From Vicugna vicugna (lineage: Eukaryota), in contig MU057887.1 of assembly GCA_013265495.1 (NCBI GenBank), forward strand, positions 3,871,668 through 3,935,667: a stretch of DNA of 64,000 bases, written 5' to 3'. The notes under the pieces are model-generated. The model searched no databases, was not told the DNA's origin, and saw nothing but the letters and a program-made list of their open reading frames with translations. Shown here piece after piece: positions 51,301 through 63,500 of the stretch. The translations under genes and the position numbers were made by a program. Positions within the stretch are counted from its first letter, which is position 1. Every line of letters begins with the position of its first letter.

Positions 51301-54300
51301 CCTCAAATGTCACGTCCGTCTCGTGGTTCATGGGGATGACCAGTGGGCTGGGGTTCAGGAAGTGGGGACAGTTGTCCTCCTGGAGAGGGTGGGGCAAGGC
51401 TGGTCAGGCGCTGCCTGGCCGTGGCTGAGCAGTGTGGCTCCCGCACGGCCCGCACGGCACCCCCTCACCATGTGGGCACTGACGACGCTGTCCTCGGGGC
51501 TGGGCGAGGCCTTCTGACACTCGTGGTGGTGCAGGTCCCACTGGCAGGTCCAGCGGCTGCTGGTGCAGGAGATGCACCTGGAGGAGAGGGTGGTGAGGAG
51601 CGAGGTGGGAGGTCAGGAAGATGTTGCCGCGTCTGAAGAGCAGCTGGATGTTCACAGCCACGTAATCTGTAGACAGCAGGTGGGGACAGTGTCAGGCAGG
51701 GCCACAGGGTGCAGGGTAAGGCTGGCACCACAGGGACAGGAAGGCGGGAATCAGGCCTCCTCTGGCCACAACTGCTCTTTCCACTGGAGCTACCAATGGG
51801 CTCTCGAGCAGAGAACCAGAAGCCACGTATGCAGACCACAGTGTGAGTGGGGCTCTGCGGGCTGCCCACCAACTGGCACTTGGGCTCAGCCTGGCCAGCA
51901 ACGGATTTCAGATCTCAGCTCAGGCGTCGGTGCCGGGATGGGTTCATGTCGCTCCCCAGGGTCTGTGCTGTCGGGCCCTTTCTGTCCCTTGGCGTCTGGG
52001 GCAGAGCACCTGCCAGGTCTCTGCTACGTCACTGCATGGCCCCCGCCTTCACCAGTGCACCATCCTCCTCTGGCACCAAATGCTCAGCGCCTGCCCTGGC
52101 CTCTGGGCACTGCCCCACCTGTCTCAAGCTGGGACCCAGGTCGTGCTAAGAATGCATAACAGAAGCAGGATCAAAGGGCTCAGGAGTCAGCCTCAGGATG
52201 GGGGCCAGGAACTGACCGTGTGCACCCTACACAGCGCAGGGAGCCCAGGATCGGAGCTGGGGGTGGGCCTCCACCCTGACCACCCGTCCTCCGCCCCAGC
52301 CTGCACCCTGCGGACCAGGCTTGATAAGTGGGTGCATGTGGCCCCAGGTGAAGAGAAAGGAAGTGCCCCTCCAGTAGCCAAAGGACAGGGGCCTCACCCT
52401 GGCCAGGCGGCGTGCTAGGAATGCTGCTTGGGGACTTGCAGACCACGGCGCCCCCCTCCACACGGGCAGGATGAGGCGGAGAGTCTCCGAAGAGGCAGAG
52501 CAGCTCATCCTCCTTGCTCAGGGCCGGGAGGGGACTGACGGTCAGCTGCACCTGGGGAAGGGCCATGTGGCTCACACCAGGAGCCCTCCGCCCAGCCTTG
52601 GGGTGCAGGGGAACCTCCTGCCCCACCCAGAGCCCCTGCCATCTGGCTGTTCTCCTGCAGCACCCCTCCTCCCTAGAGAAGCCTCTAGAACCTGACTCCA
52701 TTTCATTTGAAACAGGTCCCTATGTGGTCACCGGAGCAACTCCTGGACTAGGGTCTGGGTCTGCTCTGGATACTCAGGAGACCCCAGGTCAAAGGGGCCA
52801 GGGGACCCAAAAAGGATGGGGTCCCTGTCCCCCAGCTTAGCACCCAGAGCCCAAGCCAGGAGCAAGGAGGTGGACTGTGGGGGTCTCCCACTGCCCCAAC
52901 AGCCCCTGGCCAACAGCAGCCCTGCCTCTACCCGGCCCCGCCTCACCACACACCTCCCCCTGGGCCGGGCGACTCATATTCTGTGGCTGGGCCCCGGTGA
53001 TGGCCACGCAGAACTCATCCCGGCTCCACAGCCAGTGGCCACTCTCTTCAGCCCGTGGGCACTCAGCTCTCCTGGTGCACCTGCGGGAACGGGGGGCAGC
53101 TTCAGTCCTGGTACCTGTCAGCCCCCAGGATGGGGCTGCACCCCCTAGATCCCTGGGTGCTCACCGTCCCTCGACGACACACCAGCCGCAGTAGGGGTCC
53201 TGTGAGCTGCGGCACTGTGTGCAGGTCGGAAAGCTCAGACACTCCTGCACAGGGAGCCGAAACACCTGAGGGCACCAGGGCAGTGAGTGGGACCAAGACC
53301 GCCAGAGGTGACAGGCCAGCAGCCCAAAGAACATCCCTCAGACCTCAGACTTCTCTGGGATCACCAGACTCACCCCACCTTTATTCCCAAGCCTTAACAG
53401 CCTCGACACCAACTCAAGGCTCACTAGCAAGGGCTCCAAGCAGCAGCTTCCAGCCAGGCTTTTGTGGCCCCAGCAGAAAGGCTGGGCCTGACCCCGGATC
53501 TGACGGTGCAGGATCCCAGGGGACCAGTGGAGTCCTTGGCCGTGATGCCCCTGGTGCCAGCATAGGCCCTTTTGAAGGGTTCTTACACCTGTCCCCCAAT
53601 AAGCAGCAGGGCTTAACCCATGTTCCCCACTATCTGCACTTCCAGAAGCAGCTTGGGGTCCCTCGATGCCCTGTTCACCTTTGGGGGGAGGCACACTCAG
53701 AGCACTGACCCACCCTCCAAGCAGGATGGGGCCAAGGCAGAGACACCGAATAGACAGAAACTGTTTCAAAGACAAGACAGGTGCTCGAGAGACACAGGCT
53801 GGAGACACTGCCAGGACCCAACGAGAAGAGGCTTGGCCCCTTCCCATCCTGCTCTGCACCCTTCCAGGCCTCTCACAAAGGCCTGGACCTCCTCCAGGCC
53901 CACAGGCCCACCTTGTCCTGGGTCATGGCATACAGACTGGCCAGGTCCGCAGCCAGCACCAGGTCCTGCTTGATTCTCTTGTTGATCTCCACAGGGACAG
54001 AGCCATACTCCGTGGAGCTACCGTCTGGAGCCAGATACACCTGTGGACGCGAAGGCAGGTGTGTGGTGAGGGCGGAGACAGCCTCTCCAGGAGCCACCCT
54101 GCCCCAGCCCCGAGCCTCACCTTGAGGATCTGGCCGTCTGAGGTGCCCAGGAAGGCAATGGTGTGGCCGTTCTCAGCAGTCACTGTCACGGCTGTCAGGT
54201 TCAGGCCTCCACGCTGTAGCACGGCTGTGGCTGTGAGTCCATCGTGGCTGCCCAGGGGGTAGGGCAGGTGCTCCGAGCCACACTGGAAGCTCTCGCTGGC

Positions 54301-55708
54301 GCCCTATGGACCATGGTGTCAACGGTGGGCATAGAACCTCGCCCCAAGGCCTCTCCCCCAATGTCTCCCAGCACTTGTGGACCCACACACGTCCCCAAGA
54401 ACCAGCTCATGCAGGCAGGGTCCCCACCCGCACGCTCACTGCTCCAAGCCCCCAGTGCCCAGTGGGAGCAACACCCAGGAGAAGTGGTAGCCACGTGACC
54501 ACTCACGCTGACCTGACCACAGTGACACCCCATGCATGGGCCCCCACCAGGAGGCGGAACGTGGACAGGCAGCAACAGGCAGACCCACATGTGTGTGGTC
54601 CGAGCCCATGGGAGGGTGTGCTGAGGCCACGTACCGGCCCGTGGCCGCCACACTGGATCTCGCCGTGGAAGGGCTTGTAGAAGGTGTCTCGGCTTGCCTC
54701 CCGGGTACCCGTGTAGCAGGCGTTGCGGTTGGCCTCCATCTTGTTGTGGACCTGGTCCAGCGGGAACAGGCAGAGGCCTGCGCGGGGCCCCCTGCTGCTC
54801 CGGCCATCCTTGCTGAAGACGGTGTAGAGCACCCTGCTGGCGTCTGGCCCGGCCACGGAGGCCGCCAGACAGGTGCCGAAGGCAGGGGCCTGGGTGTGGC
54901 CAGGGTCCAGGCAGTGCAGGTCCACCTCCACGTAGGAGTAGTAGAATGGGTCGTGCTTGCACATGCGCGCCAGCAGCGTGCGGTTCCGGGGCGGGTGCTT
55001 GTCTTGCTGGTTGAAGACAAAGAAGACGTAGGGGCCATCCTCGAAGGCAGCCACAAACTGCTGTGTGTTGGTGGACAGGTAGCCGGCCTTGTAGGTGGCA
55101 TGGTCTGTGTAGGCCTCGAAGGCCTCCCTGCCATCAGCGCGGTCCAGCAGCCGGGTGCTCACGACGATGCCGTTGTCCTGGGGCCCATTGCCTTTGCCCA
55201 CAAACAGCACCCGCTCGCCGCCTGGGTCCGCGGTGCTCACCAGCCCCACTGTGGCCACACTCTCATCATTGCTGGCCACGAAGGACTTCTCACCGCTGCC
55301 ATCCTCGTAGAAGAGACGCGTGGACACGTTGCTCAGGGCACGCAGGGCGCAAATGCCCTTGAAGAGGCTGCCGCACTCGACAAGGCGATTCTTGGGCGGG
55401 TCGAGCAGCAGCAGCTGATTGACGTTGTCAGTCAGCACGGCCTCGTGGCACTGGCTCGCCTCGATGGGCGGCGTACACTTCTTGTTGTCCAGGGCCGGGC
55501 CTGTGGCCGCCTGCTGCTCCAGCTGCAGGTCCGCACTCAGCTGGTAGAGCGCGTTCACTGCCCCCACATACACCACGCCTGACGCCTCATCCACGACCAG
55601 GTGGTTCAGCTCTGTCTCGCTGCGGAAGAAGTCCAGCTTGTGGGACCGCAGGCTCACACTCGTGCCCACCAGGCCCAAGAGGGCCAGGGCCCAGAGCTGC
55701 AGTGCCAT
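42304..55708 (-). CDS. PLXNB2: Plexin-B2 (semaphorin-4 receptor), 35 coding exons; coding exon 7 truncated as assembled
   Basis: Exons: 54635-55708, 54121-54303, 53912-54040, 53165-53265, 52954-53080, 52398-52551, [~51604-51666 truncated], 51469-51577, 51278-51379, 50734-50826, 50332-50413, 50094-50254, 49840-49988, 49537-49645, 49182-49318, 48835-49005, 48234-48363, 47922-48149, 47614-47790, 47329-47468, 47135-47235, 46809-47038, 46454-46635, 46007-46073, 45708-45854, 44905-45061, 44658-44758, 44496-44580, 44187-44341, 43952-44112, 43722-43869, 43186-43250, 42937-43012, 42494-42568, 42304-42408. Signal peptide [13 protein letters not shown], Sema/PSI/IPT domains, furin site RQKR, TM segment [25 protein letters not shown] motif [14 protein letters not shown]-terminal PDZ ligand VTDL*. 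Confidence 0.97.
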
Positions 55709-58129
55709 TGCCCCTGGCACCTGTGGGAAGAGAGCAGGGTCAGGGAAGCGCCAGCTGGAAGCACCCCACACACACACACAGGAACCCCCTCCGCGTTCCT
55801 CACCCTGCCTGAATGACCAGAACACAAGCTGGGGCAGTTGTGGCTGCCCAGCGTGCCTGGGCACCCTGTCTTTTCCCTGCCCATCGGGCCAGACACACCC
55901 ACTCTCATCACCAAGGAGACCATCTCCCAATCCTCCTCCAGAAGTTCAACCTGTAGCCTAACCTATGACTGGGGCAGGCCATCACCACTGCATGCTTCAG
56001 GCACAAGTTTGGCTGCCCCCAGAGAACTGCGCCCCGGCCTCCACCTCCAGATTCTCAAAGCATCTGCAGGCCCACCTCCAAGTCAACAGAGCACCTCTTC
56101 CAGGAAGCCTCCCAGGCATTCATGCACGTGCCCATCCCCACATCTCATGACCCCAAGAGCTCCAGGTGATCTGGGTGAGGCACTGCCCCCACATCACAGT
56201 CTCCAGAGCATAGGCTCAAGCTGACCAACAGGCCCTGAACATGCAAACAGGTGGATCACACACCTGTTCTATGCCTGACTCTCAGCACACAGTCCAATCT
56301 GACAGGAAAGAGAAGAAACCAGTACCGCAACAGAAAGGGAGCTGGGCCAACTGCGAAGATCAGTGAGGGCACCCCATGTGCACCTGCCCAGCAGAGCCTG
56401 CCTCCCCATCCACCTCCCCAACCCTCCAATCCTCCCTCCATCCCCCCTGCCCCTGCAGAACCAGCAAAAGGGGCAGCAACAATCTACCTTCCTGCCTGAG
56501 CCCTGCACAGGGCAGAGCCTCAGATGGAGGCACATGGGAAGCCAACCCTTGGAGAGCGTTCTGGAGCCCACCAGGTCTCTGAGGAGGGTACCTCGGAGCC
56601 TGCAGAGGGTGCTGCCTCCACATCAGCGTGCATGTCCACATGTGTGTCCATGTGCTAAGGTCAAGGCTGGGCTAAGGGTCCCCAAACTGGAGAAAGGACC
56701 AAAGGCCCCACAAGTGGACCCAGAACATGCAAGGTTCTCTCCCCAGCTCAGGGACACAGGGTCTTGGGGAAACGGGCAGGGCCACTCTGCCTCTAGGCCT
56801 CTTTTACCTTGGGGTAGTCTCATACCCCTTTTACCCCCGAGACCCTGCTCTGTCCTGGTCAGAATCCTGTACCGGCCTCTGCCACCCCCCCTACAGGCTG
56901 CCCTTTCAGTGTGTGCCTGAGGCCTTATTCCTGGACCCAGTGAAACCTCCCCGAGAGATGCCCACGCCTGGCATGACACTGAGGGCAACCCTGTCCACGC
57001 CGCAGGCCCAGGTGGACAGACCCCGATGGCAGAGGGTACTGAGGGACCCAGGCCCTGGCCCCCCAGACTCCCCCACAGCCTGCTGCAGCTCTAGAGGAGC
57101 TGGCATGCACCTGTGGCCACCTTAAACACCACCTCCCTGGATACCCTCTTATTCCCTCAAGAAACAACTACTTTTCTCTTCCTCCTTCAACAGCCTGCCC
57201 TGTGTCCATTTCCTCCAGGAAGGCAGAAAGCGGGGTCTGCTCTGCTCTGTGACTGAGGGGAACGTTTCTTTGGGGCACTGGCTCTGGGCAAATCTGTGTT
57301 TACTGGAATGGGCTGGCTTTTTCTCATGGGCCCTGTGACTTTCACGTCCAGCCAGCTTCCTCCTTTGCTTGGGCACGAGGAAGCGCCCTGCCAGGTGTGG
57401 CTGTTCTCCACCACTTCCCGCCCCATGGCATGGCTCTGTTCTGAGTGTCCACAAGCTTCGTCAAACCCCTGGAGAAAGTGTAACCAAGAAGAAAGGTGGC
57501 CCCTTCTTGGTTACAGACAAAGCCCTCTGCACCCCAGAACCCCTGCAGGACTCTGGCAGGGGCAAGTCACAGGGCTGTGGAAGATGGCCCTCAGCTGGAC
57601 AGCTCCTGCCTCTGCACAGAAGCCCCTTACCCTGGAGTGCTCACTTCTGGTCTGGCCCCTGGGGACTCCACATGCCCTCCTCACAAGCCTCTAGGAGAGG
57701 AGCCACCCACAGGCTATCTGGAGGGTGTCCAGGAGGAGAGACAGCAGGGACCTAGCAAGGAGGTGATGGTGGCCTGAGAGGGCTGTGGGAGGAGAAACCA
57801 GCTCACCAAGACGCAGTGATCAGTTTGGGGAGAAGATGGTGCCTGTGGTCAGAGACAGGAAGATTTCACAGGAATGTGCGGCAGGATGGGCAGATCCTGG
57901 GGGGGGTGCGTGGGGAGGGGTGTCCCCTACCATCGCAGACTCCTCTCCAGGCTGAGCTGCCTGTTTAGGGGAGAGGAGGACGCGGTTCCGGAGACCCCCA
58001 GACATGGAGCTGGGATGCCCGTGACTCTAAAACTCTGCGCAGAACGAGGGCGCCAGGAGAGGCCCTGGGCCCTCGGCACCCGCTGGCACTGTCATTCAGG
58101 GCCCTCCTGGGGAAGGAAACGGCACCGGC

Positions 58130-58610
58130 CTGAGGACCCGCCCCCTCGGCGCCCCTGCCCCGCCGCCCGAGCGTCCCGGGGGCGGCCCCGCAGGGCCGGC
58201 CGCCCCGCCCCCCGCGCCCGCGCGCTCGCCTGGGCCCAAAGTCCGCTCGGTGGCGGCGGCGCCTCCGGGGCGGGGGGCGCCCAGCCCCTCAGCCTGGCGC
58301 CCGGGCTAGCCCTCCCCGCCCGGCCCCGCTCACCCGAGTCCCCGCGTCGCCGCCGCGACCCCGGCCCCGCTTGGCTTTGGCTTTGGCTTTGGCTTTGGCT
58401 GTGGCTGCGGCTCCGGCTCCGGCCAAGGCCGGCCGCGGCGAGCGGGGAATGAATGGAATGTTCCCGGGCCCAGGGAGGGAGCGGGCGGGCGGGGGCGGGC
58501 GGGGGCGGAGCCGGGGCAGCCTGGGCCCAGTCACCCCTAGGAGCCGTCCCGACCGTCTTAGAGGGACCCGTGCCCAGGCTCCTCTGCCGGAACGCAAGAG
58601 CGGGGCCAGG
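58130..58610 (-). promoter_or_regulatory. Intronic CpG island, candidate alternative PLXNB2 promoter/first exon
   Basis: Dense CpG and GC boxes; minus-strand donor CGG|gtgagc with the exon ending at 58334. Confidence 0.55.
58369..58424. repeat. Hexamer repeat (GGCTTT)n grading into GGCTGT/GGCTGC/GGCTCC
   Basis: ttggctttggctttggctttggctttggctgtggctgcggctccggctccggcc. Confidence 0.85.
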
Positions 58611-59692
58611 ACTTGAACCCAGAACCGACCAAGTGGGGAACTCTTGGGGCGCCCCCTCTTCTGAGAAAGCTCTGTTGTGACCCTGAGCCCTCCTTCGGCC
58701 TTGCTAGCTCCAGGAGGTGGCAGCGTCCGGGACACAAAAAGAATGCTCTGATCTTCCTCTGGTTAATGCCCACTTGACTGAGCCCCTAGGGCAAGAGCCC
58801 CAGCCGTGTCCTCTGCCCCCAGGGCCCCCAGGTCTGGTACAGCCTAAGTGCTCAATGTTAATGTGTGCACAAAGAGAGCTGGACCAGATCGTGAAGCTGA
58901 CAATAAAACTGGCCCAGATACGTGCTCTGCCCCATTCCTGCCCACCCCCACCCCAAACAGGCCAGGGCCAGACCTGGGCTCCCTGCCCCCGGAGCCCTCT
59001 CAGTGGCAGGCAGAGTGAGGCTCACATCCCAGTGCTCCAGGGTCCCCCAGTGCTGAGCCCAAACAGCGTGGCAGGAGGGACCAGGTGACAATCTACAAGC
59101 AGCAGCTCCCTTCACTTCCTGGACAAACAAAACCTTCAGTGATCTGCCTGGCTAGGTCTCCGAGCAAAGGGCGACCCACCTGACCAGAGGCATAGCTCAG
59201 GCTGGCGGTGCAGGAGGCGCCAGGCACAGCCAGCAAAGCTTCCTGCCGCTGGTGTTCCTGGAACAGGCGCTTCCTGTTTTGAAGGCTGGCCCAGGACCCC
59301 CACTTGCTTACGGGGCCGGAGGGGATTTCCTCAGGGGCATCAGACGCCTTCTTCCTCCTGGCTCAAGTCCGGAGGTGCACTTCCAAGAAGTCACACAAAC
59401 TCCAGCCTGCTGCTGGCCCGGAAGGCGTCTGGACTGGCACCCCCTCCCCTCAAGCCCAAATTCCCAGCCCTAATATTCCAGAACCCAGAGCTGTAGTGCC
59501 CAAACCCTGGCCCAGTGTCTCTGCAGAGCCCACCCCTGCCAAGCACGTCCTGGCCTCAGAGATCTGGGGGGCCTGGCACCCGGGTCTGGGTAGATGTGGG
59601 TTCAGTGGGACACCTGAAGGACACCACACACTATCACTGTCTGTGTGACTCAGTCCCCACTGTCCTCCCCGGGGGGCTCAGCCCCCACTCAC

Positions 59693-59743
59693 CGAGACTC
59701 CCGCAGTCCAGCTCAGCCTCCGCTTCAGGCGGGCATCAAGAGT
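59693..59743 (-). other. PLXNB2: Probable upstream (5' UTR) exon of PLXNB2, 51 nt
   Basis: Strong acceptor (cctttgtttcctacag) and consensus donor (CG|gtgagt) flank a 51-nt segment about 4 kb upstream of the first coding exon, whose acceptor is at 55720. Confidence 0.6.
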
Positions 59744-60139
59744 CTGTAGGAAACAAAGGAGACACGGAGGTCTCACCACAAGCCTGGCCCCTGCCTCCAG
59801 GTCCCTCCTAAGCTCCATGTCCGGGGGCCAAGGCGCAGCCCACGGAACCCCAGCTGGGAAGCAGGAGCCCCTCAACCTGCCTCCTCCACCCAGCCCTCAG
59901 CACTGCCCCTCCCTCAGACACCAGACTCCCAGTCCCAGCCCAGCACTCCAGTGCAAACATACCCACTTTATCTTTCCAGAATACAAGCCTGACACGCCCC
60001 CCCTCCTCTGTTCCAAAACAGCAGAGGCAAAAAAGGGCATTTTATGTCTACTGGTATAGTCTGCTTATTAAGCTAGGTACATATATTACTTTGAGTAAAA
60101 TAAAAGTTGCTTCCTGGAAAGCAAACATACACACGACAC

Positions 60140-60330
60140 CGCAGTTCTACTTACTAGCTGTGTGACCTTGGGCAAGTTACTTAACTTCTCTGTGCCTCAT
60201 TTCCCCATCTGTGAAAGGGAGACAGTCACAGTGAGCTCCTCCAGGGGTTTGTAAGAACTAAAGGATTCATGCAGGAAAAGCTTCAGAGAGCCTGTTATAT
60301 TGTAGCACTCAGCAATGCCTGCTACTGTAT
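60140..60330. mobile_element. MIR SINE
   Basis: Canonical core acttactagctgtgtgaccttgggcaagttacttaacttctctgtgcctcatttccccatctgtgaaa. Confidence 0.88.
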
Positions 60331-61824
60331 CCTCTCCTACACAGACACCTATGTGAACCCCCAGGGAGGGTCTGTCCAAGGATAATTCTCAGCATGGTTT
60401 ATGAGAGGGGAATTGGGCACTCAGCATGCAACCAGAGGACACTGAAAAACCATGGGCCAGTGAAAGTAGGTGCTCCATGCTGACCCAATGGAGCCAGACC
60501 CTTTGGGGAGAGTTGTGCAGAATTCCAGGTATCTCCACCCCAGGGTGACTATATGACACACACCAGTTTAATTTTGGAGACGTTCTAGAAGCCTTCATCC
60601 AAATGGAAAGTCGTGGTGGAGAGGGGGCTGGGAGGGCCAAGGAACTTCATTTGCCAATTTTTGAAAAAACAGTTTACGAGGATCTATTTACATGCTGCTC
60701 GTATAAATAAAGAAGTGTGTGCAAAAACAACCGCATGCCCTCCAGCTCCACTCTCAGAGCCTTGGGACAGGCTCTCCAGACCCTCAGTGACCACCCCCAA
60801 CCCCAACCACCTCTCCCGGCCTGTCCCAGCCCCTCCCTCCCCACATTCAGTTCAGCCCCTGAATCCCGCTTCCTCCCAGCCAGGCTGCCCCACCCAGCAT
60901 CGTGCCTCCAACACCTCGCCCACCAGGGTCAGGCCCTGCTCCCCCAGCACCCCAACGGGTACACCTTGTGCAGGTGCAAGGCACTCCTCTAACACGGGCA
61001 CCATTTTAGAGTAGGGCCCAGGGCTGGAAGGACCTACAGCGGGTCCAAAGGAGACCAGCAGGGGTGGACACGCAGGAGGTGGGGCACACTTGTCACACAG
61101 ACAGCACTTCCTTGTGGCAGAAGTCCCTCTGGTGTCCTCTGCCCGGGCTGAGCAGGGAAGGGTTAACCTGAACAAGGGACGAGGGGCTCCAGGTCAGGGA
61201 GCGGGGTGTCCTTTTGCCAGAGGCACTCAAGGCAGCCTTTGCGAAAGGGGCAAAGGCCCAACTGAAGGCAAACTCAGAGGCCAAACCACAGGGTGTCAGG
61301 ATGGTGCAGCTGGTCCAGGTCAGGGCTGAGCTCAGGGTCACAGTGCGTGCACACTCCCCACCTCCAAGGGATGGCATGCTGGCCTCCGTGTGCCCCATGC
61401 CTGCTCCCTCAGCTGCCTCCACCCCCATGGCATGTCCCCAGCCCCCCCAGTTCCGGTCCCTAGTGTGTGTGTCTGCTGCAGGCAAGGCCAAGGGAGGCTG
61501 GCCTCTTTCAAGGGACACCTTCTTCCCCAGCCCACATGCCCAGCCCCCACAGCCACCACCTCATCCCTGAGGACACCTGCCCTGAGGGACCCAGTGACCA
61601 GGCTGGGCCCACACCGCAGACCCTCCCCTTCTCAACACCAGGCTCCTGCAGCCAACACTTCCTCCAGAATGAACCCTGGACTCCTCCCCTTCCCCCTTCC
61701 TAACTCAAAGGTGCCTCCTCTCTCAACCAGCCTGCCTAGCCCCTAGATCTCCCACCTTGTCCACCCTGCTTCCCACAATCACACACACCCGATGCTGCTG
61801 CAGAGGGGCCTCGAGGGCTGAGGT

Positions 61825-61920
61825 CTGGAGCCAGACTATTGGGTTCAAACCCCAGGTCTATCGCTTTTCAGTTGGATTGTGTGGATTTACAAACTTACTC
61901 TGTGCCTCAGTTTCCAGGTG
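61825..61920. mobile_element. MIR SINE fragment
   Basis: ctggagccagact...gggttcaaaccccagg...ctctgtgcctcagtttcc. Confidence 0.65.
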
Positions 61921-62844
61921 GGGGAGGTACTCAGGATGACATCAGGATGTCACCATGTCTCTGCTTTTGCAGTTCCTGCTCAGAAACTCTTACCCATCCG
62001 TCAGAACTCTGGGACACCCATCCTGCCCTGGCCCTGCAGGACTGTCAGTCATCCTCTCTGGTCTGTGGCCTTGATGGATGGGACTGCTGTGAGCAAGGTC
62101 CGAACACAGGATCTGGCCGAGTGGGCACCCATGGGTCTCAGCCCAGGGACCCAGGAAGGGGTACACGAGGCAGAGAGACCTGAAAGCACGTGTCCCTGCA
62201 GCTGGTCTCTGAGCCTCCCGTAGGGTGGTGTCTCCGCCCCGGCCAGAAAGCTGCCGGGGACTGCGACAGGCTGCTAGGGGTCCAGGCCTTTCCTCTCACC
62301 CCACAAGCGTGGAAGCAGGGGGAGCCCCAGCCAGTGGCCCCCATGGCTCCCTCCGCAGGTCTGGGCACAGGGGGATGTTGCTCCCCCCTCCCCCCACCAG
62401 GAAAAGGCAACCAGGAAGTACCTAAGGGGGAGGGCAGTGTCCTCACTCCAGATCGGACTTGGGGGCTGGGGGACATCAGTGTCCCCCTCCCATATCCCCC
62501 CAGAAGGGGGATCTAGGGTGTGGGGTGTGGGCTGGACTTCCATGGCACTATTTTCAAGCAAACACAAATTGAGCAATTTCTTACAGCGAAAATCAAAACA
62601 GTGCAAAGCAGCCAAGTCCATGGAGGAGGGACTCAACCAGGAGGCTGCCCGTGGCCAGGCCAGCCAGCGTGTGGGCTCAGGAAGGGGACCAAGATGGGAC
62701 TGGGACAGGACTGGGGGACAGACAGGCACCCAGAGACCTGCATGGGGCCTCAGTCTTGGGCAGACACGGAGAAAGGGACGATTCAGGCAAAGACTCTGGC
62801 CCAGGTAGGGACAGGTACAGCACCCCGATACACACACACCCCTG

Positions 62845-63500
62845 AGACGGGGCGGGGATCGCCCCTCCCCCTCCCGGCCTCCGCTCGGCTCTCGCGTCGA
62901 AAATGCAAATCTGCAATTAGCCAGAGCGTTAAACAAACCAGGGGAAACAAAACATACGAGACGCCGGCAAAATCCGAGCCTCCGCTGTTTTCAAAACAAG
63001 TGCGAGCGAGGGGCGCGAATCGGGGTGGGCTTCAGTCCAGCCCCGCGGTCCCACCCCCACCCTGGGGACCTGGGTCAGAGTTCAGCCCCGGAGGCGGGCC
63101 GGTCCCCCAACCGTGAGGGCCGCCCTGGCCTGGTTACCCCCGGGCGGCCGGGTGGCAGCGCCGCTCCTGCGGACGACCCCTGCGGGAAACCCCCGCCTGC
63201 ACCTCGCTCCCCCGGGGACGGGGCGGAGCGTGTGGGCATCGGACGAGTCTCCCCGGGGACCTAGGGCGCCCCGTAGGCAGAAGCCTGACCTCCAGTCACC
63301 ATGACGGCGGCGGCGGCCACGTGGGCCCAGGAACCAGTCCCCAAGGAGCCTAACAGGGCGCGTGTCAAAGGCGCGGAGCCCTCGGCCCTTGGCCTCAGGG
63401 CCACGGCCCCACTCTGCCGCCGGCCAATCACCCCCTGTGGCCCCAGAGGCGGCCAGAAGGACTCCCCGTATCCCCATCCCAGGACCAGACTCACCGGGCA
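62845..63500 (-). promoter_or_regulatory. CpG island upstream of the PLXNB2 UTR exon; candidate alternative promoter or enhancer
   Basis: CpG-rich; octamer ATGCAAAT (62903-62910), GC box (~63220), E-box CACGTG (63318-63323), CCAAT (63424-63428); candidate minus-strand donors after 63300 and 63495. Confidence 0.55.

Noticed and set aside
54536..55582. 348-aa plus-strand ORF
   Set aside because: Antisense shadow of the large GC3-rich PLXNB2 Sema exon.
42304..55708. Calling PLXNB2 or MAPK11 pseudogenes
   Set aside because: Each has a single lesion while all other exons, splice sites and motifs are intact, which fits assembly error better than decay.
55721..55930. N-terminal extension in ORF 54503..55930
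   Set aside because: Sequence above 55720 is intronic (acceptor ttcccacag); the signal peptide starts at the ATG at 55708.
57874..58452. ORF with WLWLWLWLRLRL repeat
   Set aside because: Translation of the GGCTTT hexamer repeat in a CpG island.
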